DNA of 64,000 nt, from NCBI GenBank assembly GCA_963716255.1, contig OY970303.1, positions 3,232,001 through 3,296,000 of the forward strand, written 5' to 3'. Within the stretch, counting starts at the first letter, position 1, and every line of letters begins with the position of its first letter. Below are positions 40,712 through 50,392 of the stretch, piece by piece. The translations under genes and the position numbers were made by a program. Origin of the DNA: an uncultured Gemmatimonadales bacterium (lineage in GTDB: Bacteria; Gemmatimonadota; Gemmatimonadetes; Longimicrobiales; Longimicrobiaceae). Under the pieces are notes generated by a model. It made no database searches, had not been told where the DNA came from, and saw nothing but the letters and a program-made list of their open reading frames with translations.

Positions 40712-41407
40712 TCAGACCGGCACCGGCAGCAGCGTCCGGAAAGCGTTGCGGGCGCGGTTCAGCCGGCTCTTCACCGTTCCCACGGGGATCCCGATGGCCT
40801 CGGCGATCTCCTCGTAGGTGCGGTCCTCCACCTCGCGCATCACGAAGGGGATGCGGTGGTGCTCGTCCATCCGCTCGATGGCCGTGTCGATCGCCTCGCG
40901 CAGCTCGCTGCGGTACGCCTCGCGCTCCGGGTCCGCGCCCGTGGCCGCGAACTCCACCGGGCGCGACGGGGCGCCCGAGGCCGAGGTGTCCGGGCGGATC
41001 TCCGAGAACGCCGTCTCGCGGCGGCGCGAGCGGTTGCGGAACTCGTTCTTGAGCAGGTTGTTCGCGATCGTGTGGATCCACGTCGAGAACTTGCGCCCCG
41101 GGTCGTAGCTGTCGCGCGCGCGGTGAATGCGCAGAAAGGTGTCCTGCGTCAGGTCCTGCACGCGCTCCTCGTCGTTCAGGCGCTTGCGCAGAAAGCCCTG
41201 GATACGCGGCTCGTACCGCTCCACCAGCACGCGGAAACCCTCCGCGTCGCCGTCGGTGTAGCGCTGGAAGAGCTGCTCGTCCGTCATATCGTCAAAGGAG
41301 ACTCGCACCGCGGCCACCGGTCGGACAGGACGCACCCCACGGCGGCCCTGGTAGTCCAGCGCGCGGTTGATCTCCTCGGCGGTCGGTAGATTGGTTGCCA
41401 TTTTCAT
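40712..41407 (-). CDS. ECF sigma factor (RpoE/SigW-like)
   Basis: DLTQDTFLR, FSTWIHTIANN, YEEIAEAIGIPVGTVKSRLNRAR. Confidence 0.9.
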   Translation of the reverse strand: MKMATNLPTAEEINRALDYQGRRGVRPVRPVAAVRVSFDDMTDEQLFQRYTDGDAEGFRVLVERYEPRIQGFLRKRLNDEERVQDLTQDTFLRIHRARDSYDPGRKFSTWIHTIANNLLKNEFRNRSRRRETAFSEIRPDTSASGAPSRPVEFAATGADPEREAYRSELREAIDTAIERMDEHHRIPFVMREVEDRTYEEIAEAIGIPVGTVKSRLNRARNAFRTLLPVPV

Positions 41408-41413
41408 GGCTGA

Positions 41414-41442
41414 AATATAATGCGATCCGTCCCGATTGTCGA
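41414..41442 (-). promoter_or_regulatory. Sigma70-type promoter, probably leaderless
   Basis: TCGACA-N17-TATATT-N6-ATG (41407). Confidence 0.55.
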
Positions 41443-41487
41443 GGGTTTGCGAACGATTTTTCGAAGTGGTAAGTGCGGGGAGCACAA

Positions 41488-42672
41488 TCACTTCGCTTGT
41501 TTCCGGGCGCCGGAATTTTGCGGGCTTCTCCCGCGGCGTCCACCGGGAGGCCCCGCGGCGCCCCGCGACCCGGCCACGGTGAGGGCGCCGAACAGCACCG
41601 CGCCCAGCGCCAGCTGCAGGTAGAAGGTGAGGAATCGCCACCCCGCCGTCATCAGCCCCACGATGGGCGCCGGGAGGAGCGCCGAGTACACCAGGTAGAA
41701 GGCGGCCTCCGCGCCGCCCGAGGCGCCGGGGGTGGGAATGAAGAGCATCACCGTGAACACCACCCACTGGAGCAGGAAGAAGAGCACCGGGTCCACGTCC
41801 GCCCCCAGGAACGCGGCCAGCGCGGACACCACCGAGTATCGGCAGCTCCACTGCACCGCCGTGATCCCCATGGTGAGCAGGAAGCGGCTCTTCCCCCGCT
41901 CCACCACCAGGCGGTACACGTCCCGGAAGTCCCACCACGCCTTGCGGAGCCGGCGCCGCACGCGGGCGGCCATGCGCAGCCCGCTCCTGCGCGCCCGCGC
42001 GCCCAGGCGGCCGCGCAGCACCAGGCGGAAGAGGAGCCACAGGACCGCGGCCACGGTCGCAGCCACGCCCAGCACCTGCACGGCGCTCCCCTCGATCTCC
42101 CCCGCCACGCTCCGCAGGATGGGGAGATCCCACGCGGACGAGAGCACCACCGCGAGCGGGAGGGCGAGCAGGAAGAAGAGCAGGTCCTCGGCGTGTCCCA
42201 GGGCGATCACCGAGGCGGCGGCGCCGGGGGAGAGCCCCCGCTGCATCATCATCCCCCAGCGGAAGATCTCCCCGCCGGAGGAGCTGGGGAGCACCGACGA
42301 TCCCAGCTCGCCCCCCAGCACGATGCGGAGGGCGTCGCGGAAGCTCAGGTCGGTCCCGATGAAGCGCGTCCAGACCAGGAGCCGGAGCGCGTTGGTGAGC
42401 CAGGGGACCAGCCCCAGCAGGAGCGCCAGGTACAGGTAGCCGCGCGGCAGCGCGGGGAGGGTGGCGAGGAGCGCGCGGTCGGTGGTCGCCCAGGAGAGCG
42501 CCAGGTTCCCCAGCACCCCGAAGGGGATCAGCACCAGCGCCAGGCGGAACACCCGGTCCAGCGTCAGGCGCCCGCGCCGCCGCGGCTTCTGCGGCGCCAG
42601 CTCGCCCATTCCCCACACGTGCAGGCGGTCCGGCTCCGGGGGCGGGTGCGCGTCGGGCCGCGGGTCGGTCAC
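41488..42672 (-). CDS. Lysylphosphatidylglycerol synthase TM-domain (flippase-like, UPF0104) protein
   Basis: PSSSGGE, IPTPGASGGAEA, WRFLTFY motifs; polytopic. Confidence 0.88.
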   Translation of the reverse strand: MTDPRPDAHPPPEPDRLHVWGMGELAPQKPRRRGRLTLDRVFRLALVLIPFGVLGNLALSWATTDRALLATLPALPRGYLYLALLLGLVPWLTNALRLLVWTRFIGTDLSFRDALRIVLGGELGSSVLPSSSGGEIFRWGMMMQRGLSPGAAASVIALGHAEDLLFFLLALPLAVVLSSAWDLPILRSVAGEIEGSAVQVLGVAATVAAVLWLLFRLVLRGRLGARARRSGLRMAARVRRRLRKAWWDFRDVYRLVVERGKSRFLLTMGITAVQWSCRYSVVSALAAFLGADVDPVLFFLLQWVVFTVMLFIPTPGASGGAEAAFYLVYSALLPAPIVGLMTAGWRFLTFYLQLALGAVLFGALTVAGSRGAAGPPGGRRGRSPQNSGARKQAK

Positions 42673-43808
42673 GCGCCGCCTCCCCGCGCCGCGGCGACCA
42701 CCGCGGCGTAGCTGTCCAGCAGCCGGCCGTTGATCGCGCTCCAGTCGCGCTCGCGGGCGCTCGCCACCGCGCGCCGGGCCATCCGCGCCCTCTCCTGCGG
42801 GTCGCGGAGCAGGCTCGACACGCGGTCGGCCAGGTCGGCGGGGTCGTTGGCGCGCGCGATCCAGCCGTTCTCGCCGGGCTCGATCTGGTCCGGCGGGCCG
42901 CCGCGGTCCACCACCACCGCGGGGAGGCCGGAGGCCAGCGCCTCGGTGACCACGTTGCCGAAGGTCTCGGTGGTGGAAGGGAAGACGAACACGTCGCCGG
43001 AGGCGTACCAGCGGGCCAGCGCATCCCCCGTCTGGTGCCCGGCGAAGTGGGCGTCGGGGAGGCGCGCCTCCAGCTCGGCGCGCATGGGGCCGTCGCCCAC
43101 CAGCACCAGCCGGTAGCGGAGCTCCCGCGCGCGGAGGATGCCGTCCATCTCCACCAGGTCGGCCAGGTCCTTTTCCTTGACCAGGCGGCTCACCAGGAGC
43201 AGCACCGGGGTGTCGTCGTCGGCCCCCAGCGCGCGGCGAAGCTCGGGGTCTCGGAAGGCGGGGGAGAAGCGGCGCGTGTCCATTCCCCGCGACCACAGCT
43301 CCAGCCGGCCGATGCCGTGCGACTCCAGCTCGCGGATGATGCTCCGCGACGGAGCGTACACCCGCGCGCAGCGGGCGTAGAAACGGCGCAGCATCCCCCA
43401 CCCGAAGCCTTCCAGCGCGGGGACGCCGTAGTAGCGGAAGTAGGAGACGAAGTGGGTGTGGAAGCTGGAAACCACGGGGATGCCGCGGCGCGCGGCCCAG
43501 CGCTGCGCCCACGAAGCCATGGGGGTGGGGCTCACCACGTGGACCAGCTCCGGGGCCCACGCGTCCAGCTCGCGCCCCACGCGGTAGCTCCAGGGAATGG
43601 AGACCCGGTAGTCGGGGTAGGGGGGGAAGGAGAAGTAGCGCACCGGGCGCACCCGCTCGCTCCACGACACCTCCGGCCCCGGCACGAACGGCGAGTGGAC
43701 GCGGAACTCCACCCCCCGCGCCTCCAGCGTGCCGAAGAGCTGGGCCAGGGTGCGGGAGACCCCGTCCACGTGGGGGAGCAGGCTTTCCGTGAAGTACGCG
43801 ATCTTCAT
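42669..43808 (-). CDS. Glycosyltransferase family 4
   Basis: MKIAYFTES..P.VDGV, SFHTHF, VGDGP, FPSTTETFGNVVTEALASG. Confidence 0.92.
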   Translation of the reverse strand: MKIAYFTESLLPHVDGVSRTLAQLFGTLEARGVEFRVHSPFVPGPEVSWSERVRPVRYFSFPPYPDYRVSIPWSYRVGRELDAWAPELVHVVSPTPMASWAQRWAARRGIPVVSSFHTHFVSYFRYYGVPALEGFGWGMLRRFYARCARVYAPSRSIIRELESHGIGRLELWSRGMDTRRFSPAFRDPELRRALGADDDTPVLLLVSRLVKEKDLADLVEMDGILRARELRYRLVLVGDGPMRAELEARLPDAHFAGHQTGDALARWYASGDVFVFPSTTETFGNVVTEALASGLPAVVVDRGGPPDQIEPGENGWIARANDPADLADRVSSLLRDPQERARMARRAVASARERDWSAINGRLLDSYAAVVAAARGGGA

Positions 43809-43856
43809 CCGCGGGGGTGCCGGGCCGGTCCCCGGCCCGCCCGGGGGAGGGGCAAT

Positions 43857-44534
43857 CTAACCCCCCGGGAGCCGCGGGAAAACCGCGCCCGGGCCCCGCA
43901 GCAGGTAGGCGGCGAACTTGACGTACTCGTTGAAGTAGGCGATCAGCCCCTCCTCGCTGCGCCACCAGTCGCCCTCGCCGAACTCCCAGGCGTCCACGGG
44001 GCTCATGAGGATCTCCGCGCCGAGGCCCCGCGTGCCGCGGCGCAGGGAGAGCCGCGCGCGCCGCGAGTGGTAAGAGTTGGTGACCGCCACCACGCGCCGC
44101 AGCCCGGTGGCGCGCAGGTAGCCGCGCAGCGCCCGGGCCTCGTCCACGGTGCTCGCGGCCCTGCCGGGGGGCTCCAGCACCACCACGGCCGAGCCGGGGA
44201 CGCCGCCGCGCCGGAGGATGCGCGCCGCGACGTCGGTGCGGTCGGGGTACAGTCCCTGGCGGACGGCGGGGCCCTGCTGCTCGCGCACCAGCACCACGCG
44301 CGGCGCCACGCCCCGGCGGTACAGCTCCGCGGCGTGGAAGGGGCGGGTGTTCAGCTCGCCGCCCAGCACCAGCACCAGCTCCGCGCGCCAAACGGGGTCG
44401 CGCACCGTGAGCAGGCGCGCGACCCCGGTCAGGAGGGGCGCCCGCAGCGCGTACGCGGCGAGCCCCAGCAGGAGCAGGGCGAGGGCGGCGGCCCCGGCCC
44501 GCCGCAGCCGGCGCCCTCGCCCCGCGCTTCCCAC
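43857..44534 (-). CDS. YdcF/DUF218 family protein
   Basis: VLVLGG, STVDEA, VTNSYHSRRA, EYVK. Confidence 0.85.
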   Translation of the reverse strand: MGSAGRGRRLRRAGAAALALLLLGLAAYALRAPLLTGVARLLTVRDPVWRAELVLVLGGELNTRPFHAAELYRRGVAPRVVLVREQQGPAVRQGLYPDRTDVAARILRRGGVPGSAVVVLEPPGRAASTVDEARALRGYLRATGLRRVVAVTNSYHSRRARLSLRRGTRGLGAEILMSPVDAWEFGEGDWWRSEEGLIAYFNEYVKFAAYLLRGPGAVFPRLPGG

Positions 44535-44538
44535 GCCG

Positions 44539-45288
44539 TCAGTCGCGGCTGCGGAGCTTGCCCAGCAGGCGGAGCAGCTCCAGGTACAGCCACACGGTGG
44601 TCACCAGCAGCCCGAAGGCCCCGTACCACTCCATGCGCCGGTCCAGCCCGGCGCGCGCCCCCCGCTCCACGAAGTCGAAGTCCAGCACGTAGTTGAGCGC
44701 CGCCACCGCCACCACCACCAGCGAGAACCCGATTCCCATCCAGCCGTTGTCGTGGATCAGCGGCATGGTGAACCCGAAGAAGGAGCCGGCGAAGGCGACC
44801 AGGTAGTAGACGGCGATTCCCAGGGTGGCGGCGGTGATCCCGGCGCGAAAGCGGTCCGTGGCGCGGAGCAGCCCGGTGGAGTAGGCGGCCAGCAGCACGA
44901 ACAGCGTACCGAAGGTGAGCCCCACCGCCTGCATGGGAAGTCCCTGGTACTGCTGCTCGTAGGTCGCCGAGACGCCGCCCAGCAGCATCCCCTCGAGCGC
45001 CGCGTAGAGCGGCGCCGTCCAGGGCGCCAGGCGCGGGGCGAAGCAGGTGGCGATCCCCACCACCAGTCCGCCGACCGCGCCCACCAGGATCGCGCCGCCC
45101 ACCGCCTCGCGGTTCCCGGCGAAGTAGGCGGACCACACGAACGCGGCGGACACAGAGGCGATCACCAGCAGGACCAGCGTCTTGAGCGCGGTGCCGCCCA
45201 CGGTCATGCTGCGTGCGCCGACGCCGGCCTGGGCCTGGAGGCGCTTGAAGGCGCTCTCCCCGAGCGCCGGGTTCGAGGTGCGGTACAT
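44539..45288 (-). CDS. Bax inhibitor-1/YccA-like membrane protein
   Basis: MYRTSNPAL, MTVGGT, LDFDFVE, EWYGAFGLLVT..WLYLELLRLL. Confidence 0.9.
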   Translation of the reverse strand: MYRTSNPALGESAFKRLQAQAGVGARSMTVGGTALKTLVLLVIASVSAAFVWSAYFAGNREAVGGAILVGAVGGLVVGIATCFAPRLAPWTAPLYAALEGMLLGGVSATYEQQYQGLPMQAVGLTFGTLFVLLAAYSTGLLRATDRFRAGITAATLGIAVYYLVAFAGSFFGFTMPLIHDNGWMGIGFSLVVVAVAALNYVLDFDFVERGARAGLDRRMEWYGAFGLLVTTVWLYLELLRLLGKLRSRD

Positions 45289-45406
45289 TGGCTCTCCGTG
45301 CGTGGGGGTCGAAGGGTTGGGGGGAACGCTTAGCGGCGCTCGGCGGCCACCCGCAAGCGTTCGCCGGCAGCGGCGTGGAACGTGGAGACCCTTCCCGGGA
45401 CCCCGC

Positions 45407-46558
45407 TCACGACGGCGCGGCGTCCGCCAGCGGCGCCCCGAACACCCGGTACGTCTTGTACGCCGTGGCGCCCATCTTCTCCATGGCGCCGCGCATCTCC
45501 AGGTTGTCCTCCAGGATCCACGAGCCCTCGCCGGCGCGGTACCCGCGGGCGGCCGCCTCGCGGAAGGCGTGCACGTACATGGCCGCGCCCAGCCCCAGGT
45601 GCTGGTACCCGGGCTTGAGCCCCAGGGTGAGCACCCGCAGCGTGTCGATCTTCCTCCGGTGCCACAGGAACTTCAGGAAGCCGAAGGGGAAGAGCCGTCC
45701 GTCCGGGAGGTGGCGCAGCGCGCGGTTCAGGTCGGGGAGGCACAGGCAGAAGCCGATGGGCTCGCCGTCGTCCTTTTCGGCCAGGAAGACGATGTGCGGG
45801 TCCACCACCGGGCGGAGCTCCTTGGCCATGTGCTCGAACTCCGCCGCGGTCATGGGGACGAAACCCCAGTTCTGCGACCAGGCGGCGTTGTACACCTCCT
45901 GCACCCGCCGCACCTCCTCCTTGAGGTCCTTCATGCGCACGGCGCGGATGCGGGCGCCCATCCGCCTGGAGAGCCGCTCCATGGCGGCGACCGCGCGGGC
46001 CGGGGGCTCGGGGCTGGGCATCCAGTAGGCGACCAGGTCCTTTTCCTTGTCCAGCCCCGCCCCCTCCAGCAGCCCCGCGTAGAAGGGCGGGTTGTGCGAC
46101 ATCATCACCGCCGGTGGCGTGTCGAATCCCTCCACCAGCACGCCGGGGGAATACAGCTCGTCGTTGGTGGACAGGTTCATGGGGCCCACCAGCCGCTCCA
46201 TCCCGCGGGCGCGCAGCCAGGCGCGGGCCGCGTCCACCAGCGCCCGCGCCGCCTCCGCGTCGTCCAGGCACTCGAACAGCCCGAAGAACCCCGTCCGCTC
46301 GCCGTGGTGGTCGTTGAACTGGCGGTTCTCCACCGCGGCGACGCGCCCCACCGCCTCGCCCCCGCGCTCGGCGAGGAAGTACGCCACCTCGGCGTGCCGG
46401 TGAAACGGGTGCTTGCGCCGGTCGAGGAGCCCCTCCACCGCCATGCGCAGCGGCGGCACCCAGTTGGGATCGCCCGCGTTGGCCTTCCAGGCGAGGTCGA
46501 TGAAGCCGCGGAGGGACTCGCCCGGGGGGATCTCCCGGACGCGGAGCGGTGCCGTCAT
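45407..46558 (-). CDS. YghO-like GNAT acyltransferase, putative bacterial ceramide synthase (bCerS-like)
   Basis: DPNWVPPL, GRVAA, GFFGLFEC, GPMNLSTND, HNPPFY, NWGFVP, SWILEDN; directly downstream of spt. Confidence 0.82.
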   Translation of the reverse strand: MTAPLRVREIPPGESLRGFIDLAWKANAGDPNWVPPLRMAVEGLLDRRKHPFHRHAEVAYFLAERGGEAVGRVAAVENRQFNDHHGERTGFFGLFECLDDAEAARALVDAARAWLRARGMERLVGPMNLSTNDELYSPGVLVEGFDTPPAVMMSHNPPFYAGLLEGAGLDKEKDLVAYWMPSPEPPARAVAAMERLSRRMGARIRAVRMKDLKEEVRRVQEVYNAAWSQNWGFVPMTAAEFEHMAKELRPVVDPHIVFLAEKDDGEPIGFCLCLPDLNRALRHLPDGRLFPFGFLKFLWHRRKIDTLRVLTLGLKPGYQHLGLGAAMYVHAFREAAARGYRAGEGSWILEDNLEMRGAMEKMGATAYKTYRVFGAPLADAAPS

Positions 46559-46640
46559 GCGCGGTGCGGGGAGAGAGCGGGAAGGGGGAACGCGCGAAGG
46601 CGGCCGCGGCGCGCGCCGCGGCCGCCCCCGCCGGCGTGCC

Positions 46641-47855
46641 TCAGGAGATGATGCCCAGGTTGCGCCCCACCCGAGCGAAGGCGTCCAGCACCTGGTCCAG
46701 CTGCTCGCGCGTGTGCGTGGCCATGACCGAGGTGCGCAGCCGGCACGCGCTCTCGGGGACGGCGGGCGGGAGGACGGGGTTGGTGAACACGCCCGCGTCG
46801 AAGAGCGCCTTCCAGAAGATGAAGGTGTGCTCCATGTGCCCCGTGGAAACGGGGATGATGGGCGTCTCCGACTCGGCGGTGTCGAAGCCCAGCGACTGCA
46901 GGCCGCCGCGCAGGTAGCCGGCGTTGTCCCACAGGCGCTCGCGCCGCTCCGGCTCGCGCTCCATCACCTCCAGGCACGCCAGCACCGTGGCCACCGCGGA
47001 GGGCGGCATGCTTGCGCTGAAGATGAGGGTGCGGGCGTGGTGCTTGAGGTAGTGGACCACGTCGGCCGGGCCGGCGATGGCCCCCCCGATGGAGGCGAAC
47101 GACTTGGAGAAGGTGGCCATCACCAGGTCCACCCCCTCCTCCAGCCCGAAGTGCTGGGCCGTGCCCCCGCCGTGCTCCCCCAGCACCCCCACCGAGTGGG
47201 CGTCGTCCACCATCACCCGCGCGCCGAACTCCTCGGCCAGCGCGACGATGGCGGGGAGCGGGGCGATGTCGCCCTCCATGGAGAAGATGCCGTCGGTGAC
47301 GACGAGCATCCCCTTGCCGGCGTGCGTCTCCAGCAGCCGGCGCAGCGCGTCCATGTCCGCGTGGGGGTAGCGCGCCATCTCCCCGCCCGCCAGCATGGAC
47401 GCGTCCACCAGCGAGGCGTGGTTCAGCTTGTCGTGGATGGCGACGCTGCCGCGCCCCACCAGGGTGGAGATGACTCCCAGGTTGGTCTGGTAGCCGGTGC
47501 TGAACACCAGCGCGGCCTCCTGGCCCATGAGCCGGGCCAGGCGCACCTCCAGCTCCCCGTGCAGGTCGAGCGTGCCGTTCAGGAAGCGGCTCCCGGTGCA
47601 GCCGGTGCCGTAGCGGTACAGCGCCTCGCGGGCGCGCTCCAGGACGTACGGGTGGTGCGTGAGGCCCAGGTAGTTGTTGGAGCCGACCATGATCTTGCGC
47701 TCCCCGCGGATCACCACCTCGGTGTCCTCGGAGCTCTCGATCGGCTGGAAGTAAGGATACAGGCCGCGGTCGATCATCTCCCGGGCCGCCGTGAAGCGTC
47801 GGCACCGGTCGAAGAGGTCCGCGGACTTCCGTACCGTCTGGATATTGGTCGCCAT
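46641..47855 (-). CDS. spt: Serine palmitoyltransferase (alpha-oxoamine synthase family)
   Basis: GLYPYF, GSNNYLGL, GTGCTGSRFLNGT, DDAH, TFSKSFAS, IFSAS. Confidence 0.8.
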   Translation of the reverse strand: MATNIQTVRKSADLFDRCRRFTAAREMIDRGLYPYFQPIESSEDTEVVIRGERKIMVGSNNYLGLTHHPYVLERAREALYRYGTGCTGSRFLNGTLDLHGELEVRLARLMGQEAALVFSTGYQTNLGVISTLVGRGSVAIHDKLNHASLVDASMLAGGEMARYPHADMDALRRLLETHAGKGMLVVTDGIFSMEGDIAPLPAIVALAEEFGARVMVDDAHSVGVLGEHGGGTAQHFGLEEGVDLVMATFSKSFASIGGAIAGPADVVHYLKHHARTLIFSASMPPSAVATVLACLEVMEREPERRERLWDNAGYLRGGLQSLGFDTAESETPIIPVSTGHMEHTFIFWKALFDAGVFTNPVLPPAVPESACRLRTSVMATHTREQLDQVLDAFARVGRNLGIIS

Positions 47856-48832
47856 CAAAGCCATCCGTTGGTTCGGTACCACCGGGCCGTGCGCTCGACG
47901 CCCACGGCCAGCGGCGTCGCTGCGCCGGGCGGGAGGAGCGCCTCCGAGCCGGACAGGTCGCAGACCCACCCCTCGGCCAGCATCTCCTCGGCCTTTTCCC
48001 GGTTGAAGGCCGGCGTGAATCCCGCCACCCGGCCGATCCCCTCCGTTGCCGCCGCCGCCGCCCGGACCAGCGCGGGGGGGAGGCCGATGCGGAGGGGATG
48101 CTTGCCCAGCGCGAGGGAGATGGCGTCCACCAGGGCGTCCATCGTGTGCTCCACCGGCTCCGCGACGGCGTACGTCGCGGCCGGTGCCCCCGCCGCCCCC
48201 TCCAGCGCCAGCGCCAGGTCGGGGGCATAGATCATGTGGAGCCGGCGCTCGCCCGCGGGGGTGGGCGCGATGCCGCGCTGCACCATCCTGAAGTACGTGA
48301 GGAGCGCACGGTCGCGCGGCCCGTACACCGCGGGGGCCCGGACGATCGTGGTCTCGATCCCCTCGGCTTCCAGGGCGCGGATCCGCCGCTCCCCTTCCAG
48401 CTTGCTCCTTCCGTACCCTGTCAGCGGGCGCGGGGTTTCACCCGCGCCCCGCGGCGCGCCGCCCCGCATGGGCCCGCAGGCCGCGTAGGAGCTCAGGTAC
48501 ACCAGCCGCCGGGGGCGCGCCGGAGCGCGCAGGAGACCCTCCGCCACGGCCGCCGTCCCTTCCGCGTTGGCGCTCAGGTACGCGGCCTCGCTGGGTGCGG
48601 CGACGACGGCCGCCAGGTGGAAGACCACGTCCACGCCGTCCGCTCCGCGGGACACGGCCGCCGGGTCCGCCAGGTCGCCGACGACGCGCTCCACGCCGTG
48701 CCGCTCCAGGTGCGCAACCTCGCTGGTGGGGCGCACGAGCGCACGGAGCCGCCAGCCGGAGGAGGACAACCGCTCGACGAGATGGCTCCCCACGAAACCG
48801 GTGGCTCCGGTAATCAGTGCGGAGCGGCTCAC
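47855..48832 (-). CDS. NAD-dependent epimerase/dehydratase (extended SDR), putative ceramide reductase
   Basis: ITGATGFVG, HLAA, YLSS, YGRSK, VYGPRD; TGATG coupling to spt. Confidence 0.82.
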   Translation of the reverse strand: MSRSALITGATGFVGSHLVERLSSSGWRLRALVRPTSEVAHLERHGVERVVGDLADPAAVSRGADGVDVVFHLAAVVAAPSEAAYLSANAEGTAAVAEGLLRAPARPRRLVYLSSYAACGPMRGGAPRGAGETPRPLTGYGRSKLEGERRIRALEAEGIETTIVRAPAVYGPRDRALLTYFRMVQRGIAPTPAGERRLHMIYAPDLALALEGAAGAPAATYAVAEPVEHTMDALVDAISLALGKHPLRIGLPPALVRAAAAATEGIGRVAGFTPAFNREKAEEMLAEGWVCDLSGSEALLPPGAATPLAVGVERTARWYRTNGWL

Positions 48833-49002
48833 CTTTGGGGAGTCAAGATGCGCGGGAAAGGCAAAAAGCGCAACAGGATGCGGGTACTGGAAGGCCGCCC
48901 GCGCCCCGGAGGGCGCGGACCCGGCACAGTAAATATGCGGCAGAGGAGGCAGGAAGTCACGGGTCACGGCGCCGGACCCGTCCACTTTGCGGGGGGCGGC
49001 GG

Positions 49003-49845
49003 CTACGGCTCCGACTCGCGCCACCAGTCGCGGGCGGCGGCGAAGAGTGCGTGGAGCGCCGCCGCGTCGCCACGCGCGAGCGCATCGTGCAGCTCGTCCA
49101 GACCGGCGCGCAGCGCCTCCACCGCGGCGGCGAGCGGTGCGGCGTTGTCCTGGGCGATGGCGGTCCACATCTCGGGGGAGCTGCCGGCCAGGCGGGTGAC
49201 GTCGCGTCCGCCGGGGCCCAGCTCGGCGCGGGAGACGCCGGCCGCGGCGAGCGTGCGGGCGAGGGTGATGGAGGCGAGGTGGGGGAGGTGGCTGGTGCGG
49301 GCCAGGAGGAGGTCGTGCGCGGCGGGGTCGACGGTCTCGGGGAGGGCGCCCAGCGCGGTCCACAGCTCGCGCGCGAGCGCCAGCGCGGCCCCGCCGGCGG
49401 AGGGAGCGGGCGCGAGGAAGATGCGCCGCCCGGCGAAAAGCCCGGCGCGCGAGGCGTCCCACCCCGACAGGTGCGAGCCGGCCAGCGGGTGCGAGCCCAC
49501 GAAGACCCCGCCGATCCCCAGCGCCTCCGCCGCGGCGCACACGCTGGCCTTGGTGCTCCCCACGTCGGTGACCAGACGGGCGGCGCGCAGCCGCGGAGCC
49601 AGCTCCCCCAGCACCATTGCGGCCGCGGTCACCGGGACCGCGGCCACCACCAGCTCCGCCTCCTCCACGCCCTCCAGCCCCGGCCCGAGCGCGGTGTGCA
49701 CCGCGCCGTCCCGCATCGCGCCCGCCAGGCTCGCCGCGTCGCGGTCGTGCCCCAGCACGCGCACCCCCCGCGCCGCCAGGTCGCGCGCGAGCGAGCCGCC
49801 CACCAGCCCCAGCCCCACGACGGCGGCGGTGCGGACCTGGTTCAC
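49003..49845 (-). CDS. tyrA: Prephenate/arogenate dehydrogenase
   Basis: VGLGLVGGSLA, TDVGSTK, GSHPLAG, HD...SHLPH, DVTRLA. Confidence 0.92.
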   Translation of the reverse strand: MNQVRTAAVVGLGLVGGSLARDLAARGVRVLGHDRDAASLAGAMRDGAVHTALGPGLEGVEEAELVVAAVPVTAAAMVLGELAPRLRAARLVTDVGSTKASVCAAAEALGIGGVFVGSHPLAGSHLSGWDASRAGLFAGRRIFLAPAPSAGGAALALARELWTALGALPETVDPAAHDLLLARTSHLPHLASITLARTLAAAGVSRAELGPGGRDVTRLAGSSPEMWTAIAQDNAAPLAAAVEALRAGLDELHDALARGDAAALHALFAAARDWWRESEP

Positions 49846-49857
49846 GGCGAGGAGATG

Positions 49858-49894
49858 GGGAACAGGGAAGAGGGAACAGGGAACAGCCTGCAAC
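49858..49894 (+). repeat. (AGGGAAC)n-AGCCTGCAAC short repeat
   Basis: GGGAACAGGGAAGAGGGAACAGGGAACAGCCTGCAAC. Confidence 0.7.
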
Positions 49895-49935
49895 GGCAAG
49901 GGACAGGAAGCGCACCTCGCGGACGCGAGCTCGAA

Positions 49936-50069
49936 CTCGCGTGAGGGATTTCGGCCCGAAGGGGCGAGACCGCGCGGCTGTTTGCGCGGGCTCGACTCCG
50001 TTGAGCACGGTTGTTTCGTGCTCTACGGAGCCGAAGCCCGACCCCGGCGTCAGCCGGGGGCACGCCCAA
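49936..50069 (+). repeat. Repeat family A, copy 6
   Basis: Stem A CCGCGC/GCGCGG; stem B GAGCACG/CGTGCTC. Confidence 0.96.
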
Positions 50070-50092
50070 GGCCGCAGTGAGCCGTTCGAAGC

Positions 50093-50392
50093 TCACTCCT
50101 CTTCCACCTGCGCGCGCCGCGAAAGCCCGATCAGGTGCCAGAACAGCGCACGCATCTCCTCGTCCACGAGCCCGGCCTCGCGGGCCAGCGCCCCCGCCCG
50201 CCGGACGACCGCGGCTTCACGCGCGGGGTCCAGCGTCGGAAGGTCGGCGGCGCGTTTCGCTTTCCCGACCTCCCGGGCGAGCCGCACCCGCTCCGCGACC
50301 AGGGAAACGATCTCCCGGTCGATCCGCTCGATCTCCCCGCGGAGCCGAATCAGATCTTGCCCGGCGGAACTCGCCTTCGCCGGGCCGCTCAT
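50093..50392 (-). CDS. Chorismate mutase (AroQ class)
   Basis: LRGEIERIDREIVSLVAERVRLAREVGKAK, DPARE. Confidence 0.92.
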   Translation of the reverse strand: MSGPAKASSAGQDLIRLRGEIERIDREIVSLVAERVRLAREVGKAKRAADLPTLDPAREAAVVRRAGALAREAGLVDEEMRALFWHLIGLSRRAQVEEE

